This document shows, piece by piece, positions 40,225-54,658 of a stretch of 64,000 bases of DNA. The stretch comes from Vicugna vicugna (lineage: Eukaryota): the NCBI GenBank assembly GCA_013265495.1, contig MU058289.1:1116001-1180000 (forward strand), in the 5' to 3' direction. Every line of letters begins with the position of its first letter. Positions within the stretch are counted from its first letter, which is position 1. The position numbers were made by a program, and so were the translations under genes. The notes under the pieces were generated by a model. It had not been told where the DNA came from. It searched no databases and saw nothing but the letters and a program-made list of their open reading frames with translations.

Positions 40225-40549
40225 GCCACTTTGCAAGGCAATTTGGCAATTTCCTAAAAAGTTAAACATAGTTTTGCCATATGATCCAGCAGTCATGCTG
40301 CTGTATATTTTCTCAATTGAGTTGAAAACTTATGTCCACGCAGAAACTTGCACAGTAATGTTTCTTGCAGCTTTATTCATAATTGCCCAAAACCAAAAGC
40401 AAATAAGATGTCATTCTATATATGAATAGACTAAAAGAACAACAAAAACACACACACAAAAGAAAATAAAACAAAACTGTGGTACATACATATAATGGAA
40501 TTCAATGATTTTTCTAAAAAATGAGTTATCAGGGCACAAAAGACATGGA

Positions 40550-41430
40550 GGTATCTGTCTTTCTCCATCTGCTTTTTCACTTAGCGTAATAATACCGTTC
40601 ATGTTGTTACAAATAGCAAGATTTCATTCCTTTTTATGGCTGAGTAGTATTCCATTGTGTATATATACCTCTTCTTTATCCATTCATCTATTCATGGACA
40701 TTTAGGTTTCCATATCTTGGCTATTGTACGTAATGCTGCATTAAACATAGGGGTGCATGTATCTTTTTGAATTGGTGTTTTGTGTTTTTCAGATAAATAC
40801 CCAGAAGTGAAATAGCTGGGTCATATAGCTCTGTTTTTAAGAGCAATCTACATACTGTTTTCATGGTGGCTGCACAAATTTACAGTCCCACCAACAGTGT
40901 ACAAGCGTTCCCTTTTCTCTAACATTTGTTTTTTTGGGTGTTTTTTTGTTTTTTGTCTTTTCAATAATAGCCATTCTAACAGGTGTGAGGTTATATCTCA
41001 GTGTGGTTTTGATTTGCATTTTCCTAATTATTAATGATATTGAACATCTTTTCATGTACCTGTTGGCCATCTGTATGTCTTTTTTGGAAGAATATTCAGA
41101 TCCTCTGCCCATTTTTAAAATTGGATTGTTTGGGGGGGGGTTGTTGTTGAATTGTATGAGTTCTTTACATATTTTGGATATTAACCCCTTATCAGATATA
41201 CTGTTTGATTTCACTCATATATGGACTCTAAAAAACAAATAAAAACAAACTCATAGATGCGGAGATCAGATTAGTGGTTACTAGAAGGAAAGGGGGATGG
41301 GAGCAGGCGAAATGAGTGAAAGTGATCAGCTCTATGGAGACGGATGGTAACTAGGCTTGTGGTTGCGATCACTTTGCAGTGTATACAGATGTTGAATTAT
41401 AATGTTGTACACCTGAAACTTACTTTTTAA
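40550..41430. mobile_element. Younger L1 3' portion with 5' inversion (minus about 40550-41200, plus about 41200-41430)
   Basis: ORF 40861-41214 (minus) is L1 ORF2 ([35 protein letters not shown]). The plus-strand segment continues from the L1 position where the inverted segment ends. Confidence 0.75.
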
Positions 41431-44139
41431 AAAAGAATCACCTGGAGGGCTTGTTAACATAGAGGTTGCTGGGCCCCATTGTCAGAGTCTTTGATTCATT
41501 GAGCCCAAGAAGTTGCATTTCTAAAAAGTTCCTATGTTGTGCTGATGCTTTTGGCCCAGAACCACAATTCAAGCATGACTTCTGTAGACCAAGCTATTTG
41601 CATAGATTATTTTCTGCACAGGTTGTAGTGCTAAGTGGATATGATGAAATACGAATGCAACATGAGGACAAAACAAAACAAAATTCTGCTTGCTTTGCTA
41701 CAATTTCATTCTAATTAACATCTATTCTTTCTTGGGCTCTCTGAAAAAATCTTTTGCTGTTTGTATTTGTAGCCAACACCAAAATGAGCTTGATGCAAGA
41801 GTTTATTCCATTGCCCAACATTTCATTTGTGATGACAACAGATTTGTCTCCTTTCTCTAAAAGAGAAGGGGTGGATTTAAGAGGCGTAACAGTTAAATGT
41901 GATGTTTGGATTTGTTTGGATGGTGAACTGAACAAACCAACAATAAAAAAAGCCAGCTTTGGTATAATCAGGAAATTTTAAGTATGGACTGAGTATTTTA
42001 AGGAATCTTTTTTTTAAAAAATTAGGTATGATAATGGCATTGTGGTTATATTTTTTAAATGTTCTTATCTGTGGGAGATGCATACTGAAGTAATTATAGG
42101 ATTTTCTTTAAACTACTCAAACCAGGGAAAAAAAGGAGGGGACAGATGAAACAAGAGTGACAAAAATTAGAATAAATGTTAAAACTGAGTGACGTGTACC
42201 TGGGGACTCATTAAATTCTTCTCTTTATGTATATTTTTATATGAAGATTGCTAAGTGAAAGAAGCAATATGAAAAGGCAATTGCATGATTCTAATTATGT
42301 GACATTTGGTAAAAGGCAAAACTATAGATACTGTAAAATCTTTGGTTGTCAGGGGGAGAGGGGGAAGCTCGGAGGGATGGATATGTAAAGCTCAGGGGAA
42401 TTTTATGGCTGTGAAACTATTCTCTATGATACTGCTATATATTTGTGAAGACTCATAGAACTGTGTAACACAAAGAGTGAACCTTAATGTGTGCAAATAA
42501 AAATAACAATTTAGGAAACAGAGGGATCCCAGAAAATAATGCATACTGCAGCCAGAGAATCTAACTGTATCATGAATGTATGAAACAACCTTACAGAGGG
42601 AATGGAGAAAAGGTGCTGACCTAAGAAAACTTGGAAGTGAATGGGCTCTATAAGACTAAAGGCAAAATGAACTGCAAATATGAACTTTAGTTAATAAAGT
42701 TGTTCCTACGGGAGTACAGGTTAACAATTCTAATACTGCTTTACGTGTATACTGGAATTGAACCATTAAGTAAATGGATGGTGGATGGTAGAACGCCAGT
42801 GTCTTACTGTTGGAGCAGGAATTTACAGATAAGCAAAGGAAGGGGACTAGAATGATCCATGTGGTAGTGGGTTAGAGTGGAGACATCAGTAAGAACTCAT
42901 GTTGAATATAGATATGGATGGTATATACATGGATTAGTATATGTACATATATTTCTTTGTTTTGTTAGCCAAGGAGGGCTTAAAAGCAGTGACACCACTG
43001 TAGCAGTGAGCACACCTAGTGCTCAGATCTTAACTCTAATATAATTCTCTAATAAAATGAATCAAGCTCCTTGGAGAAATGGCTGAGTCTAGGACAGGGG
43101 CAATACGCATGGAGCATCTTTAATGCCAGAAAGTGGGGAAAGACTCCAAAAAATCCCCACACAATAATGGGAGCATGTCAAAGAGACACAGGAACTAACT
43201 GAAAGGTGTATATATATATGTAACTATATATGTGATTATAACAAAGTACAAAAGTATATGAATACCCACTGATATAAATAGATTATTGAATAAGTCAGTG
43301 AATGGGAAATAAAAGGCAAATCTCCTGAGATGAAGAATTCCAAATAAATTAGTAGATACTCAACTCTAAAGGAGAGGGAGCATAACTCCCCACTCCTTAA
43401 TAGTGGGCTGTGCGTAGTGACTTTCAAAGAGTAGAATACAGACAGTGGGGAAAAGAGTAACCACAGTGGAGAACCCTGACAAAAACTACTTCAACCAAGT
43501 AATCAAAGTCAGAATCAACAGGCAGTCATAAATCACGTAGATAGTATGTCCCCTTCTTATGATGTGATAAAAATGGCATTCTACTTCTGTGATCTTCCTC
43601 CCCTAAACCCACAACCCCATGAGAAGAAAACCCATAATCATGAGAATAACAGTTAAGTTCCAGTAGAGGAGCATCCTACAATATACCTGACCAATACTCC
43701 TCAAAACAAACTGTCAAGATCACCAAAAACAAGCAGTCTGAGAAATCGTCACAGGCAAGAGGAGTCTAAGGAGGCATAAATAATGCAGTGTGGTATCCTG
43801 GATGGGGTTCTAGAACAGAAAAATGTCATTAGTTAAGTATTAAGGTAATCAGAATTAGCTATGGGCTTTAGTTAATAATAATATATCAATATTGGTTCAT
43901 TAATTGTTACAAATGCACCTTACTAATGTAAGATGTTAATAATAGGGGAAGCTGGGCAAGGAGGTGGTAAATATGGGAACTCTCTATTATCTGCTGACTT
44001 TTAAAACACTTTTATTATGGTATGATTCCTGTACAGTTAACTACACATATTTCAGATGTACAATTTGATGAACTTTGATAGACGTATATACCCATGAAAC
44101 CACCACCACAACCAAGATAGCTAACGTTTCCATTACTCC

Positions 44140-44880
44140 CCAAGAGGTGTGAATTTCAAATTCTCAATTTATCCCTTCCCACTCCCTTTACCCCGTGGTA
44201 ACCATAAGTTTGTTCTGTATGTCTGTGAGTCTGTTTCTGTTTTGTAGATAAGTTCATTTGTGTCCTTTTTTTTAGATTCCACATAAAAGTGATATATGGT
44301 ATTTTTCTGTCTCTTTCTGACCCTGCTTCACATAGAATGACAATCTCTAGAACCATCCATGTTGCTGCAAATAGCACTATTTTATTCTTTTTTATGGCTG
44401 AGTAGTATTCTACTGTGTATATATACCACGTCATCTTTATCCAGTCATCTATTGCTGAACATTTGGGTTGTTTCCATGTCTTGGCTATTGTAAATAGTGC
44501 TGCCGTGAACTTTGAGGTACATGTGTCTTTTCAAATTATATTTTCCTCTGGATATATGCCCAGGAGTGGGATTGCTGGATCATATAGTAAGTCTGTTCTT
44601 AGTTTTTTGAGGAATCTCCATACTGTCTTCCACTGTGGCTGCACCAATTTACATTCCCACTGACAGTTTAGGAGGGTTCCTTTTTCTCCACACTCTCCAG
44701 CATTTATCGTTTGTGGACTTTTTAATCATGGCCATTCTGACTAGTGTGAGATGATTATCTCATTGTAGTTTTGATCTGCGTTTCTCTAACAATTAGTGAT
44801 GTTGAGCATACTTTCATATGCTTGTTGGTCTTCTTTGGAGAAATGTCTATTTAGGTTTTCTGCCCATGTTTTGATTGTTT
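44140..44880 (-). mobile_element. Younger L1 3' fragment
   Basis: ORF 44156-44434 ([32 protein letters not shown]) is the L1 ORF2 C-terminus. Confidence 0.9.
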
Positions 44881-44984
44881 TTTTTTTATATTCTGCTGAC
44901 ATTTTCTGTAAATCTGATACTGTTCTGAAAAATACAGTCTACTAATTACCAAAAGAAAGAAAGAAAGAGACTTCCAAACTCTTA

Positions 44985-45041
44985 AACACACACACATACA
45001 CGCACACATACACATGCATGCACGCACACACACAAACACAC
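44985..45041 (+). repeat. (CA)n-rich microsatellite
   Basis: Imperfect CA repeat run. Confidence 0.85.
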
Positions 45042-48000
45042 TGAGTCCTTACATAAGCCATTCACTCCAGTGTTTGCTTTTGCAACATTTTCTCTATAAT
45101 TCTCACAACAACCTGGTGAAGTGGAAACTATTACTATATCTATAGGGAAGTTGAGGCTCAAAGAAATGAAGTGTTTTCCCCAAGGTCATGCACCTGGCAA
45201 GGTTTTGTTTCTAGAGACTGGACTAAAGCCTGGGAATCTTCAGTGAAGACCTGGAAGTTTAGACACTTCAACACAGCACGTTAAGCCCTCAGCATGGTGC
45301 CGACATAGTAAGAACTAGTGAGGCTCAGCTGCTGCTACCATTTTTGTTGAAATTTTTGTCACATTTTCCCATTCTCTGACACTCCAGAGCACTTACTGTC
45401 TGCACCTTACAGTCCTGTGGACTGGTCCTGACTTTGTGTCCTCCAATGGTTTCCCACATTGACTGCTTCTCTCTCTCTGATGCAACTGCCTTATGTCCAA
45501 AGGCAGCATCTTCCTCCACATCGAGCACAGCACAGAGCTTTGTTCACTAGGTGTGCTTGGTGATTAAGGTCTTGGTTCTCTCTGCATCTTTAGCAGTAAC
45601 CAGGCAATAGGCTCTGGTCTCATCCAACAGTGCCAAGGTCAATGTGGCTGTCTCCGTTTGACTTTCCAGGTATCGATGACCTTCAAGTATTTGGCCATGA
45701 CCTTCACTTGGGAGGAGTGGGGGCAGTTGGATATGGCTCAGAAGACCCTATATCGGGAAGTAATGCTGGAGACCTGTGGGCTCCTGGTCTCACTAGGTAA
45801 GGCTCACCTCCCTCCCATGTGGCGAACCTGCACCCTCTTTCTTCATTTTACCCTCTCACTTCAGGCCTGACTGGTAGACAAGGCCTCTGGAGTCACCCTC
45901 CCTTCCACTCATAACTCCTGCTGTGTTCCTGCCTCACTTCTTTCCTGGTCTCCCTGTGTTCATCCAGGCACCATGAGGAGCCAAAAAACAGGAACTGAAA
46001 TCAAGAACTAAACCAAGCCCATGCACTCTGATACCCAGCACAGGCTAGCCTCGGTCTGAGGCCCTGATTCCAGAGTCTCACCAGAGCAAAGCTAAATGGT
46101 CAAGGTTTGTTAGGTTAGGTGTCTCCATTACCCAGGGAGCAGGGGCTGGAGATGAGTGGCCATTCTCTAAAAGTCAAGCAGGCCACCCAGCAACATTGAA
46201 ACTACACAGCCTCAGCTTAAAGGCTTCTTTTTCCCTTGATTCTTACATGTCATTCCTTGCTTCTGAAAGCCTGGGCCAGAATCTTCTGCTGATACAGGAG
46301 ATGATGTTAGAGGGTATGCAGACTTACCAGCCGGCATTGATGGATATCTGAGAAAGCCATTCCTTTTCCCCTTCTCTTTCCTGCCTTCTGATTGTTGTCA
46401 GAAGAGTCTTAGTTTAATGGGAAATCTTTGATGCCTCTTCTAACTTTGGCTAATTTTCCTTTTCAACAGAAGGAGCAGCCCCTGACTCACAGTGCAGGTC
46501 AGGACACATAAGCTTGCAGGGACTTAGAGCATTATTCTGTTTTGTTTTCATTGTTGTATTTTGATGGTAGCCTATTTGTGAAACCTGAAACTAGTTACAC
46601 CATTTATAAGTGATACAAGATTCCCTTTCTGAAGAAATCAATTTAAGTAAACAAAATGTGGGTCAACTTTTTTAAAAAGCAGCTTACAGCTAATGTCGCC
46701 TGAGCACTCACTCCCCATGTCAGGCCCTCATCCTAGAATGACTCTTGCTGCTCCAGTAATTTAATTCCCACAATGTCTTTTGCTCACTCTGAACCAAACT
46801 CTCTCCCGTCTAGGAAGCTTCTGTCCAAAGACAACTATGATCATTTTTAGGATGAGTTATTATTTGAATATGCTTGTTTATTTGAGGTATAACTTACATT
46901 CAGTAAAATGTACAGTCTTCAGTGTCCAGCTCAATGTGTGCATTTTACGGTGTACCCGCTCATGTGACTTCCACCTGGATCAAGCTTTGGAGCATTCTCT
47001 CCTTCAGAGCAGGTGTTCCCCACTGTCTCCCAGTCAGTTTTCTCCTAAAGACACCACTGCTGGTCTCCAACCCCAAATATTGGATTGGCTCGTTCTTGAA
47101 CATTATATGAATGGAATCACACAGTGTGCACTGCTTTGTGTCCAGGATCTTTCACTCAACATCCTGTTTGTGAGATTCATAGCACAAGGATTAATTTCTG
47201 TCCTGAGACTGTTGATGCAGATGGCCCCTGGTTTATACAGATTCCCTTTGCCTCACTTTGCACCATCACAGATCATAGCTCCAGAATAGCAGAACACCCA
47301 GCATTTCCCAAATAAAACAGAAAGAGGTCAGTCAAGTATCAGTTGATTTAGACCAGTGCTTTTCAGTCTTCCCTGGGCACCTGAATCACTTGGAGAGCTT
47401 TTAAAGCATTCGTGTCCAGGCTTCTTCTGCAGAGATTTGGTTCCATTTGGCTCATGGTGAAAACCAGGCAACCCCAGGTGGTTCTGATGCCCAGGGAGGT
47501 TGAGACACTGACTTAGGTTAATGAGAAAATAGCTTCTGGGGTGAGGGTGTCACCTTCCTGGAGTCCCCGGGTTGTGTGTTAAGGGAAGAGTGGCCCTGAA
47601 TTGGATCCTGTGGGGTGGAAATCAAGGGTAATGGGTGTTAGGTAGACAGCCATCACTACCCTCTACAGACCTTTGGTCCCAGGATGGTGTTTGTGTTCTT
47701 GGTTTCTAGGTGACAGGTCAGCATTTTCTTTGCAGGCATGGGAGCAGCCTCGTTCCAAGATCTCATCCTTGAATATCACACTGAATAGAGAGGTTCATTG
47801 GTGTCTTTCCCAAACACTGCTGTCCTTTGTTTCCATGGTCAGGGTATCCTGTTCCCAAACCAGAACTGATCCACCTGCTGGAGAATAAGCAAGATCTATG
47901 CATGGGGAAGAGAGGCCTCTCCTAAAGTTCCTGTACAAGTGGGTGACCAATAGCCAGCAGGTTGGGGTGGAGGGTCACTGCATCCTGCGGACCAGTGGGA

Positions 48001-50929
48001 CCACTGGGAAGCCTCTTGTTGTAACCTTCCCAGGGGCCTGCGTGGCCATGGAGCTCTCTGACCTGCCCTCCCACCTAGTTACACTCTCCCCCATTACTTG
48101 GGGAGAAGTAGGTTGTATTTTCTAAATGTCAGGGTGCAGGCTCCATATCTTTGGGAGTAACACCTAGCTTTGTCCCTCTTTAGGTTTGTGATCACAGGGC
48201 TGTTGAATGATCTCTTCAGTGCTCAGAATGCTAACTACTGTAACAGAGAAACTCTAATCTCAGCTACTCAGCACAGGGAGTTTTGTTTTTATTTTTTTCT
48301 TTCCCTCATTTATGCCAAGATCTGTAGGTCAGTGAGAAGCTCTGTACCACACAATTATTCAAGGAACCAGGTACCTTTTATTGTCAATATGTGGCTTAAT
48401 TTAGGCTTTCCTGGCATTATCTGCCCAGCAGAGGGGACAGATGAGAGAGGAATGAAAGAAGTCATACTTATTTGTACACATAACATTGCCATTTCCACCA
48501 CATTGACATTCCACTGACAAAAACCAGGGCTTTGGCCACACCTGAATTCTCAGAGGCAGGAAATAGTTAAGCTGTGTGCCCAAGGAGAAGACCAGGTGGG
48601 TTTGGTAAACATCTACTTGGTCTGCTATACTCAGCCTACATTTAGGAAATGATAGAAATGACACTGGCTCATTTTACTTCATTGGCTTGTTTGAGGATGT
48701 AACTAGAAAATATGTAAACAGCATAGCATAGTGCCTCACACATAGTCAGTGGTTCAAAAAATTTAGCTATTTGTATTGGAATTATGTGTGCAATAATATT
48801 CGTCATAATGAGTAAGAGTAATATACATTTTCTTCAGGGCTCAGGTGGAAAGAGCCTCCATCAATATCTCCATTTTATACTCTGTGTCCCATCTTCTTTA
48901 TCCATTTGTCTGTCCATGGAATTAGTTGTGCTTTGAATGAAATTTCAAATTCACTATGAAAATTATATCCCTCATGAAGGGTATTTGGAGCCAATAAAGA
49001 TCATGCTAACTGGAACATTTCTCTCATATTCATCTAATGTGTAATAGTTGATGTATTTGGCTTTAAGTATATCCTTTTATTTTGTAGTTTCCTTTGCCTC
49101 ACTGTTCTTTAGGTGATAACTTTTTAATTCCTTTTGATTGCTTATTAACAGTCCAAATTTTCTTTCTTCTAGTTTGGCAGTGTATACTCTAATTCGTAGT
49201 ATTGCTTAAGCTGAAAGTCAGAAACACTTACTTAACATAATGGAACAAAGAGTTTCAAATACTTTACCTTCTTCCTGCACAATGTTAGGAGACTTACAAC
49301 ATTAATCAAGCTGTCCCATCTCAATACGTATATGTTATTGAAGCTGTACATGATGATTCTATCATCGTAATGGAATATTATTCATGCTTTATGCAGATAA
49401 TGAGCATTTTTTAAATCCACAGATGCACCTCTCTCTTGGATCCTCATTTCTTCTATCATCGCAGATCTTTCACCTGGGATGACCTTTCATCATAATTAAA
49501 CAGAAAATCCTCAAATAAGAAGTTCATTTTATGCAAGTTAATTTTACATTAAATTTCTCATTTATGACATGAAGTAGTTCGTTTCATACTCTTGTTTCAG
49601 AAACCCTGTTGCCGTGTTTAGAAAGTTGGGTTAGCAGTTATTGCTTCAGCAATGTGAATAGGTCCCTCCACTGTGTCCCTGAACCACAGCTACATGTTCA
49701 TAGCCTCCACATCTGATGTTAGGTTAGGAACAGAAATTCTAACATTGAAATGGAGGCAGTGATTGAATGAGCTTTGGGATTGTCACATAAAAAGGATAAG
49801 AATATTACGTATGTAGGAGAAATAATACAACAGGCATCTGGTGGCCAAATTGATAGGTTGTGCTGGAAACTGGCTAGGTGCTAGGCAACCCCTTTTCCTC
49901 TTCCTGGACACCCAGCTGCCCTTATACTTAATTGACACTTGCCATTGCAGGTTCAGGTGATGGGCTGATAAGTCCTGATGAGGGCAATACCTGGTGACCC
50001 TGAGTCGCTGCTCATCAGACTGTGCTATCACTAGTCAGATATTTACACCCAGTGTGGCTGCCCTGAGGGCCAGAGGGGAGGGAGGAGGGAGGCAATGATC
50101 CTAAGAATTAGAGATGAACAATGACTTGTCAACTGCTGTCACATTCTTGAAATCATGTCAATTCCACTTCCACTTTGGCCTGAGGGCAGTGAGACATGAT
50201 GTTCTCAAGTGTTGAATCACATGGTCTATAAGAATTCATCTCCTAGACAATAGGCCTGCCGGTAGTTATGAAACCCTTCTTCATGATCTATTTTTAAGAA
50301 TAAAAATGTTCAAAGGAGCCAAATGGTACAAATTAGGTTTTGGCCATGTTGAGTCTGATGTTCCAGAGACCCCTGAGTGGAGGTTAAGAATAGGCAGGAC
50401 TAGACACACAATTATGCTGGGCTGGGGAGGCTTTCAGGTTACAAGCATCCAAAATGGGGCATCTGGTGTGTGGATGAGTGTCGAATGTGGGTTAGATTTA
50501 GGAGGAGGAATCTTCTGGTCATGGTGGCGATGAAAGCAGGGAAAGAAAGGAGAAAGTGGGGCCCGAGGACTGATTGATTATCTTGCTTGGGCAAATGGGT
50601 GAGAGTGGTCATCACAAGGACAGGAGAGGGAAAACAGTGGCCAGAAGGGGTGCATGTGGGGGAGATCAGGGTCTGGCAGGTGGCCAGATATTCCAAGGAG
50701 GAATGGATCTGAGATGGACTCTGAGGTTTAGCAGGAATGGAAGTAAAATTACAATAAGGCCTGGGCTGGGGCTTATTCACCACTCTGTGGACATACCAGG
50801 CTTTTGTCCCGGTGATCATTGGTGATGAATGGACAGAATGTGCAGCACAGATGAGAAAAGGATCCATGACTGGAGTGATGTGTCCATAAACCACGGAACA
50901 CCAGGGATTGCCTCAAACGCCAGAAGCTA

Positions 50930-51385
50930 AACAAGTTACCTATGAGCAAGTCTTTGATATGCAAACTAACAATCTAGGTCCATACTCCCACCTACCTCCT
51001 TTAACAGGCTGCTGCAGTCTGGGACACTGTCCCTCTGCCCTAAATCATCCCAGAGCCAGAGCCAGGACAACTGGATACCATGCCATAGCCCAGAACCTAC
51101 CAAAATTATTCAAACTCTAATCTAAAACCTGTTCAGCTTACCTACCCTGCTTTGCCCATTCCTCCCTGCAAAAACCACAGTAGCCTCTGGCTCTGGCTTT
51201 CTCCTCATTCCTTCTGCCTCCTGACCAGCCCTGGTGCCTCTCCATGTGACCCTGCATGGCCTACCACGCTCCTTCCCCTTGGGAATTGTAAGTAATAAAC
51301 TCTTCTTTGGAAGACAGTTTTCTCCATGCCAGTCATCTTACCGTACCTGAATAAAACAAATCCCAGGTACATCTTAAAATACCCT
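50930..51385 (+). mobile_element. Old ERVL-class LTR (MER74/MER77-like); related inverted copy at about 53835-54370
   Basis: GATATGCAAACTAACAATC, GCCCTAAATCATCCCAG, ATTATTCAAACT and AGTAATAAAC. The reverse-strand counterparts AGTTTGAATAAT and GTAGTTTGCATG occur at 54095 and 54235. Confidence 0.55.
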
Positions 51386-51614
51386 GCATACCAGGCCCAG
51401 AGTTTAGTTAGTGTCTATCTGCCTACCTGTCTGTTGTCTTTGTGGGTTAACACAGTGATCATTGGGGTATGAGTTGAGAGTGGGCACCAGTGGCACCAGT
51501 GTCTGGTATCTCCTCTGAATTGGGAAGTTGGGGAAGAGGTTGAGCATGGGATGGATGTATGGGAGGATGGACTGGGGCCCTGCTGATCATGGAGTCAGCT
51601 GCCCCCACAAAAAG

Positions 51615-53625
51615 GGCTGTGTGACCTTTGAGGATTTCACTGTTTGATTTCCCCTGGAGGCAAGGATGACCGCTTGATGAGGCTCAGAGGATCCTGTACT
51701 GTGAAGTGGTGCTGGACAACTATGCGCCTTTAGCTTCACTGGGTAAGGCCTGGGCTGTTCTGCCTGTCCCTTTCTCCCCAGGGGTAGTTCTCATTCCCAC
51801 AGCTGGCTCTTCTTCCTTCCCCACTCTCCTGGCATATATGCCATGGGTTCCAGGGCCCAGCTGTTTGCATGACTCCAAGCAGAGCATTTCTCTGCCTGCC
51901 CCAACCACTGCCACCCTGAAGCTTGCAGATAAGGGGCCGAGGGTCATTAGTCTTGAGATCAGCCCAGTGGCTCCCATCTGGCTTGGCCACTCCCTCCTCA
52001 GATGGTAGTCTTGTCCTGGGACAGTTTGATGGTTTGGGTTCTGCTCCCCTTTTTAGCTGACGTTTCCTGGGTTCTAGCTATGCCAGGAATTACAGGCACT
52101 GACATGGTCACTACTTGGCTGGGACCACTGGATTGTTCCTGCAAGACATTCCTCATAGGGGTTTGTTTGCTTTATTTTGTTTCATTTAAGTTTTCTTTCC
52201 TATCGTCTGTGGTAGAGTAGTTCCCCTGGGTAACTCCAACGGAAGATGAGAGGAGAGTCCTGTGTGCCTGAGCAGAGCAGACATTACTGCAGCTGTGGCA
52301 AGAGGTGTTAGAGGGGGTCTGGCCTTGCTAAGGAGGAGCTGGGGGACAGCGTAACGTCAGGACTCGGTGCAGATCACACCAGCAACCTGTCCCCCGTTCA
52401 CCATTGTTTGTGTTCCAAAGCTAATGGCCATACCTCCTCCATATCATTCCTTCCCCGTTCTTAAAACTTTACCACTTGTTATTTCTACTCTGACGTTGGG
52501 CCCCACTCCCTGTGGTCTCCATGCCTCACCCTCACCACTACCCACTCTGCAGTGCTCTCCAACGTTGGCCTGCAGTTACTGTGATTAAAAATGTAATCAG
52601 ATTTTCCTGGGTCTGGACACATAGTTCCACACAGGGTTCGTGTGTTACCAGCAGCCAAGGCCCTGCTGAAAAGCGTTTACAGACAAGTAAGCTGGAGACC
52701 CTGCCTCTCCATCCAGTTCTGTGCTCCATCCTTGCATCCTTGGCTTTAGCAAGGACATGGCACTATTAACGCCTCTCCTAGATTCTGTGACATTTAGAGG
52801 CTTACTAGTGCACAGCATCCCTTCCTTACCCTGACCTCAGCAGCCTCATCTTCCCAACAGTTCCCATGCATCATACATTTGTATGCCTGGGTCAAGCATA
52901 CATTTGTGAAGGGCTGTTTCCACTCACCAAAGTTAACAAGAATTCCTCCAGCATGTCTTTGCTTTCAGTGTTTTGGCATGGAGTGGAGGGTGAGGAGGGT
53001 CCCCTTCCGAGTTTAGTAGGAGTGTCACATGTTAGGAATCCCAAGGCAGGTCTGTCCACTCAGAAGACCTACCCCTGTGACATACATGGTCTACTCTTGA
53101 AAGACATTTAGCACCTGGCTGGATACCAAGCCACACACCCAGGGCAGAGACCACACCCTTATGTGGTATGTGGAGACGGTTCTGATTTAGTGTAAACGTT
53201 CGCCAGCAACAGATGCAGCAGAATGTTGAGGAGTCCATCAGAAGGGAAGAGGGCAGGGCCTCCTTTGTGAAGAGGTGCAGAGACAACACATCAGAGAAGA
53301 CTTCCAAATGCAGGGAGATTGGGAAGGGCTGCTCAGCCACATCAGGCTTTCTCCAGCATCAGGTCACTCACAGGGGAGTGCCCTGTGGGATGGCAGAGGA
53401 GGAGCCTCATAGGAGCACCAAGTGCGCAGTGGCTTTTCCCAGTGTGCAAAGGCAATGCAAGTGAAGTGAATCTGGAAAAGCCTGCTACAGTTTCACATTG
53501 GGTCAGCACCAAAGAATCATACTGGAAAAAGGCATTATGAGTGGGGTAATGTGGGGGATTCTTTAGACAGTTCTCCACTCTCATTACTCATCATAGAGTT
53601 GATACTGAAAAGTTGAAATATGAGT
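51615..53625 (+). pseudogene. ZNF792-like KRAB-ZNF pseudogene 2 (KRAB-A 51615-51742; last exon from 52969, truncated)
   Basis: KRAB-A reads GCVTFEDFTV* and is 128 bp (frameshifted). The last exon FWHGVEGEE..QKTYPCDIHGLLLKDI*..QQNVEESIRREEGRASFVKRCRD resembles the recalled ZNF792 spacer. Only degraded fingers remain before L1 sequence. Confidence 0.85.
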
Positions 53626-53834
53626 AGAGGTAATTATAAAATATCAAAACCAGGAATTTAACCCTCATACATTATGTGTGTGTGTAATAGTACATCACTG
53701 CATCACGTGCATAGAATTGTGTAACCACCACTGCAATCGAGATGGAGAGCTGTTCTGTCACCACAAAAGTCGGCCTTGTGTGCTGTCCCTTTGTAGCCTC
53801 TCTCTCTCCCCTCCACCTACTTGTGCACACACTG

Positions 53835-54370
53835 TTTTGTGCCTAGGTCTTAATTTTTAAAGGTGGCTGAGTGACAACACAGTAAGGTCAATGCCACTGA
53901 AAGAAAAGTACAGTGTTACTCATAGTTCGCCTGGAAATGAGACGAATGGCATGCCATGCAGGGCCACAGGAGGAACACCCCATTTGGGTCAGGAAACAGA
54001 AGCAAAATCAAGAGATAGGTTTAGGCCACAGATTTTATTGGGGTTTCTGTGAGAAAGGCAAGACAGGACAGAGTAAACAATTTATATTCAGCTAAGTTTG
54101 AATAATTTCAGCAGGCCCTAAGGTATAGAGGTGGGACTTGGTTGCCTGGCACCTGGTCCTGGAATAATTAAAGCAAAAGAATATTGCTTCCTGGGCACAC
54201 AGGCAGATAGAGGAGGTGTGGCTCTGGATTGGGTAGTTTGCATGTTCTGAGCCAAGTGCTTTGCTATCCGTAAGAATTAGCCAACCCTGGGAGGGGTGGT
54301 TTCTCCTCAGCCAGAAAGACTTTTTTAAGATTTCAAAAAATTATAATACAGAAAATTAAAATATGATTCA
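53835..54370 (-). mobile_element. Old ERVL-class LTR (MER74-like)
   Basis: Reverse-complement similarity to 50930-51385. It interrupts an L1 3' UTR. Confidence 0.5.
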
Positions 54371-54658
54371 TACACATGCACACCCATACCCAACATCCCT
54401 CACCCCTGGCAACCATTCTATTTCCTTCATTTCTATAGTTTGTCATTTTGAGAATGATATGTAAATGGAATCATACACATGTAACCTTTTAGGATTGGCT
54501 TTTTTCACTCACCATAATGCCTTTGAAATCCATCCAAGTAATGTGTATTAATCATTTTTTCTTTTTTCTTGTTGAGATGATTCAATGATGTGTATGTACC
54601 ACAGTTTATTTAACCGTTCACTTAGTGAGAGACATTTTGGTCATTTCCAATTTGAGAC

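Larger units (their letters stand above)
37250..44000 (+). mobile_element. Large old L1 (L1MC-like): ORF1 remnant, partial ORF2 and 3' UTR, with several nested insertions
   Basis: ORF1-like GAAGAATGCCTTTGATGG..., endonuclease-like AAGAAACCCACTTTAAATATAAAGACAC, and an L1MC-type 3' UTR at 42245-44000. Confidence 0.8.
36400..48200 (+). pseudogene. ZNF599-like paralogous pseudogene (decayed exon 1 at about 36550, KRAB-A 45670-45796, KRAB-B 47843-47938; no zinc-finger exon seen)
   Basis: [47 protein letters not shown] (127 bp). KRAB-B YPVPKPELIHLLENKQDLCMGKRGLS* has an in-frame TAA. Intronic MIR and MER5-like blocks match ZNF599 introns at 60160, 61630 and 63295. Confidence 0.8.

Noticed and set aside
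46780..47289. 169-aa ORF
   Set aside because: Largely antisense L1 3' UTR within an intron, with a non-ATG start.
45670..47938. KRAB-A+B as a second functional KRAB-only gene
   Set aside because: The conserved DV motif is changed to YL, KRAB-B has a stop, and the paralogous first exon and promoter are decayed.
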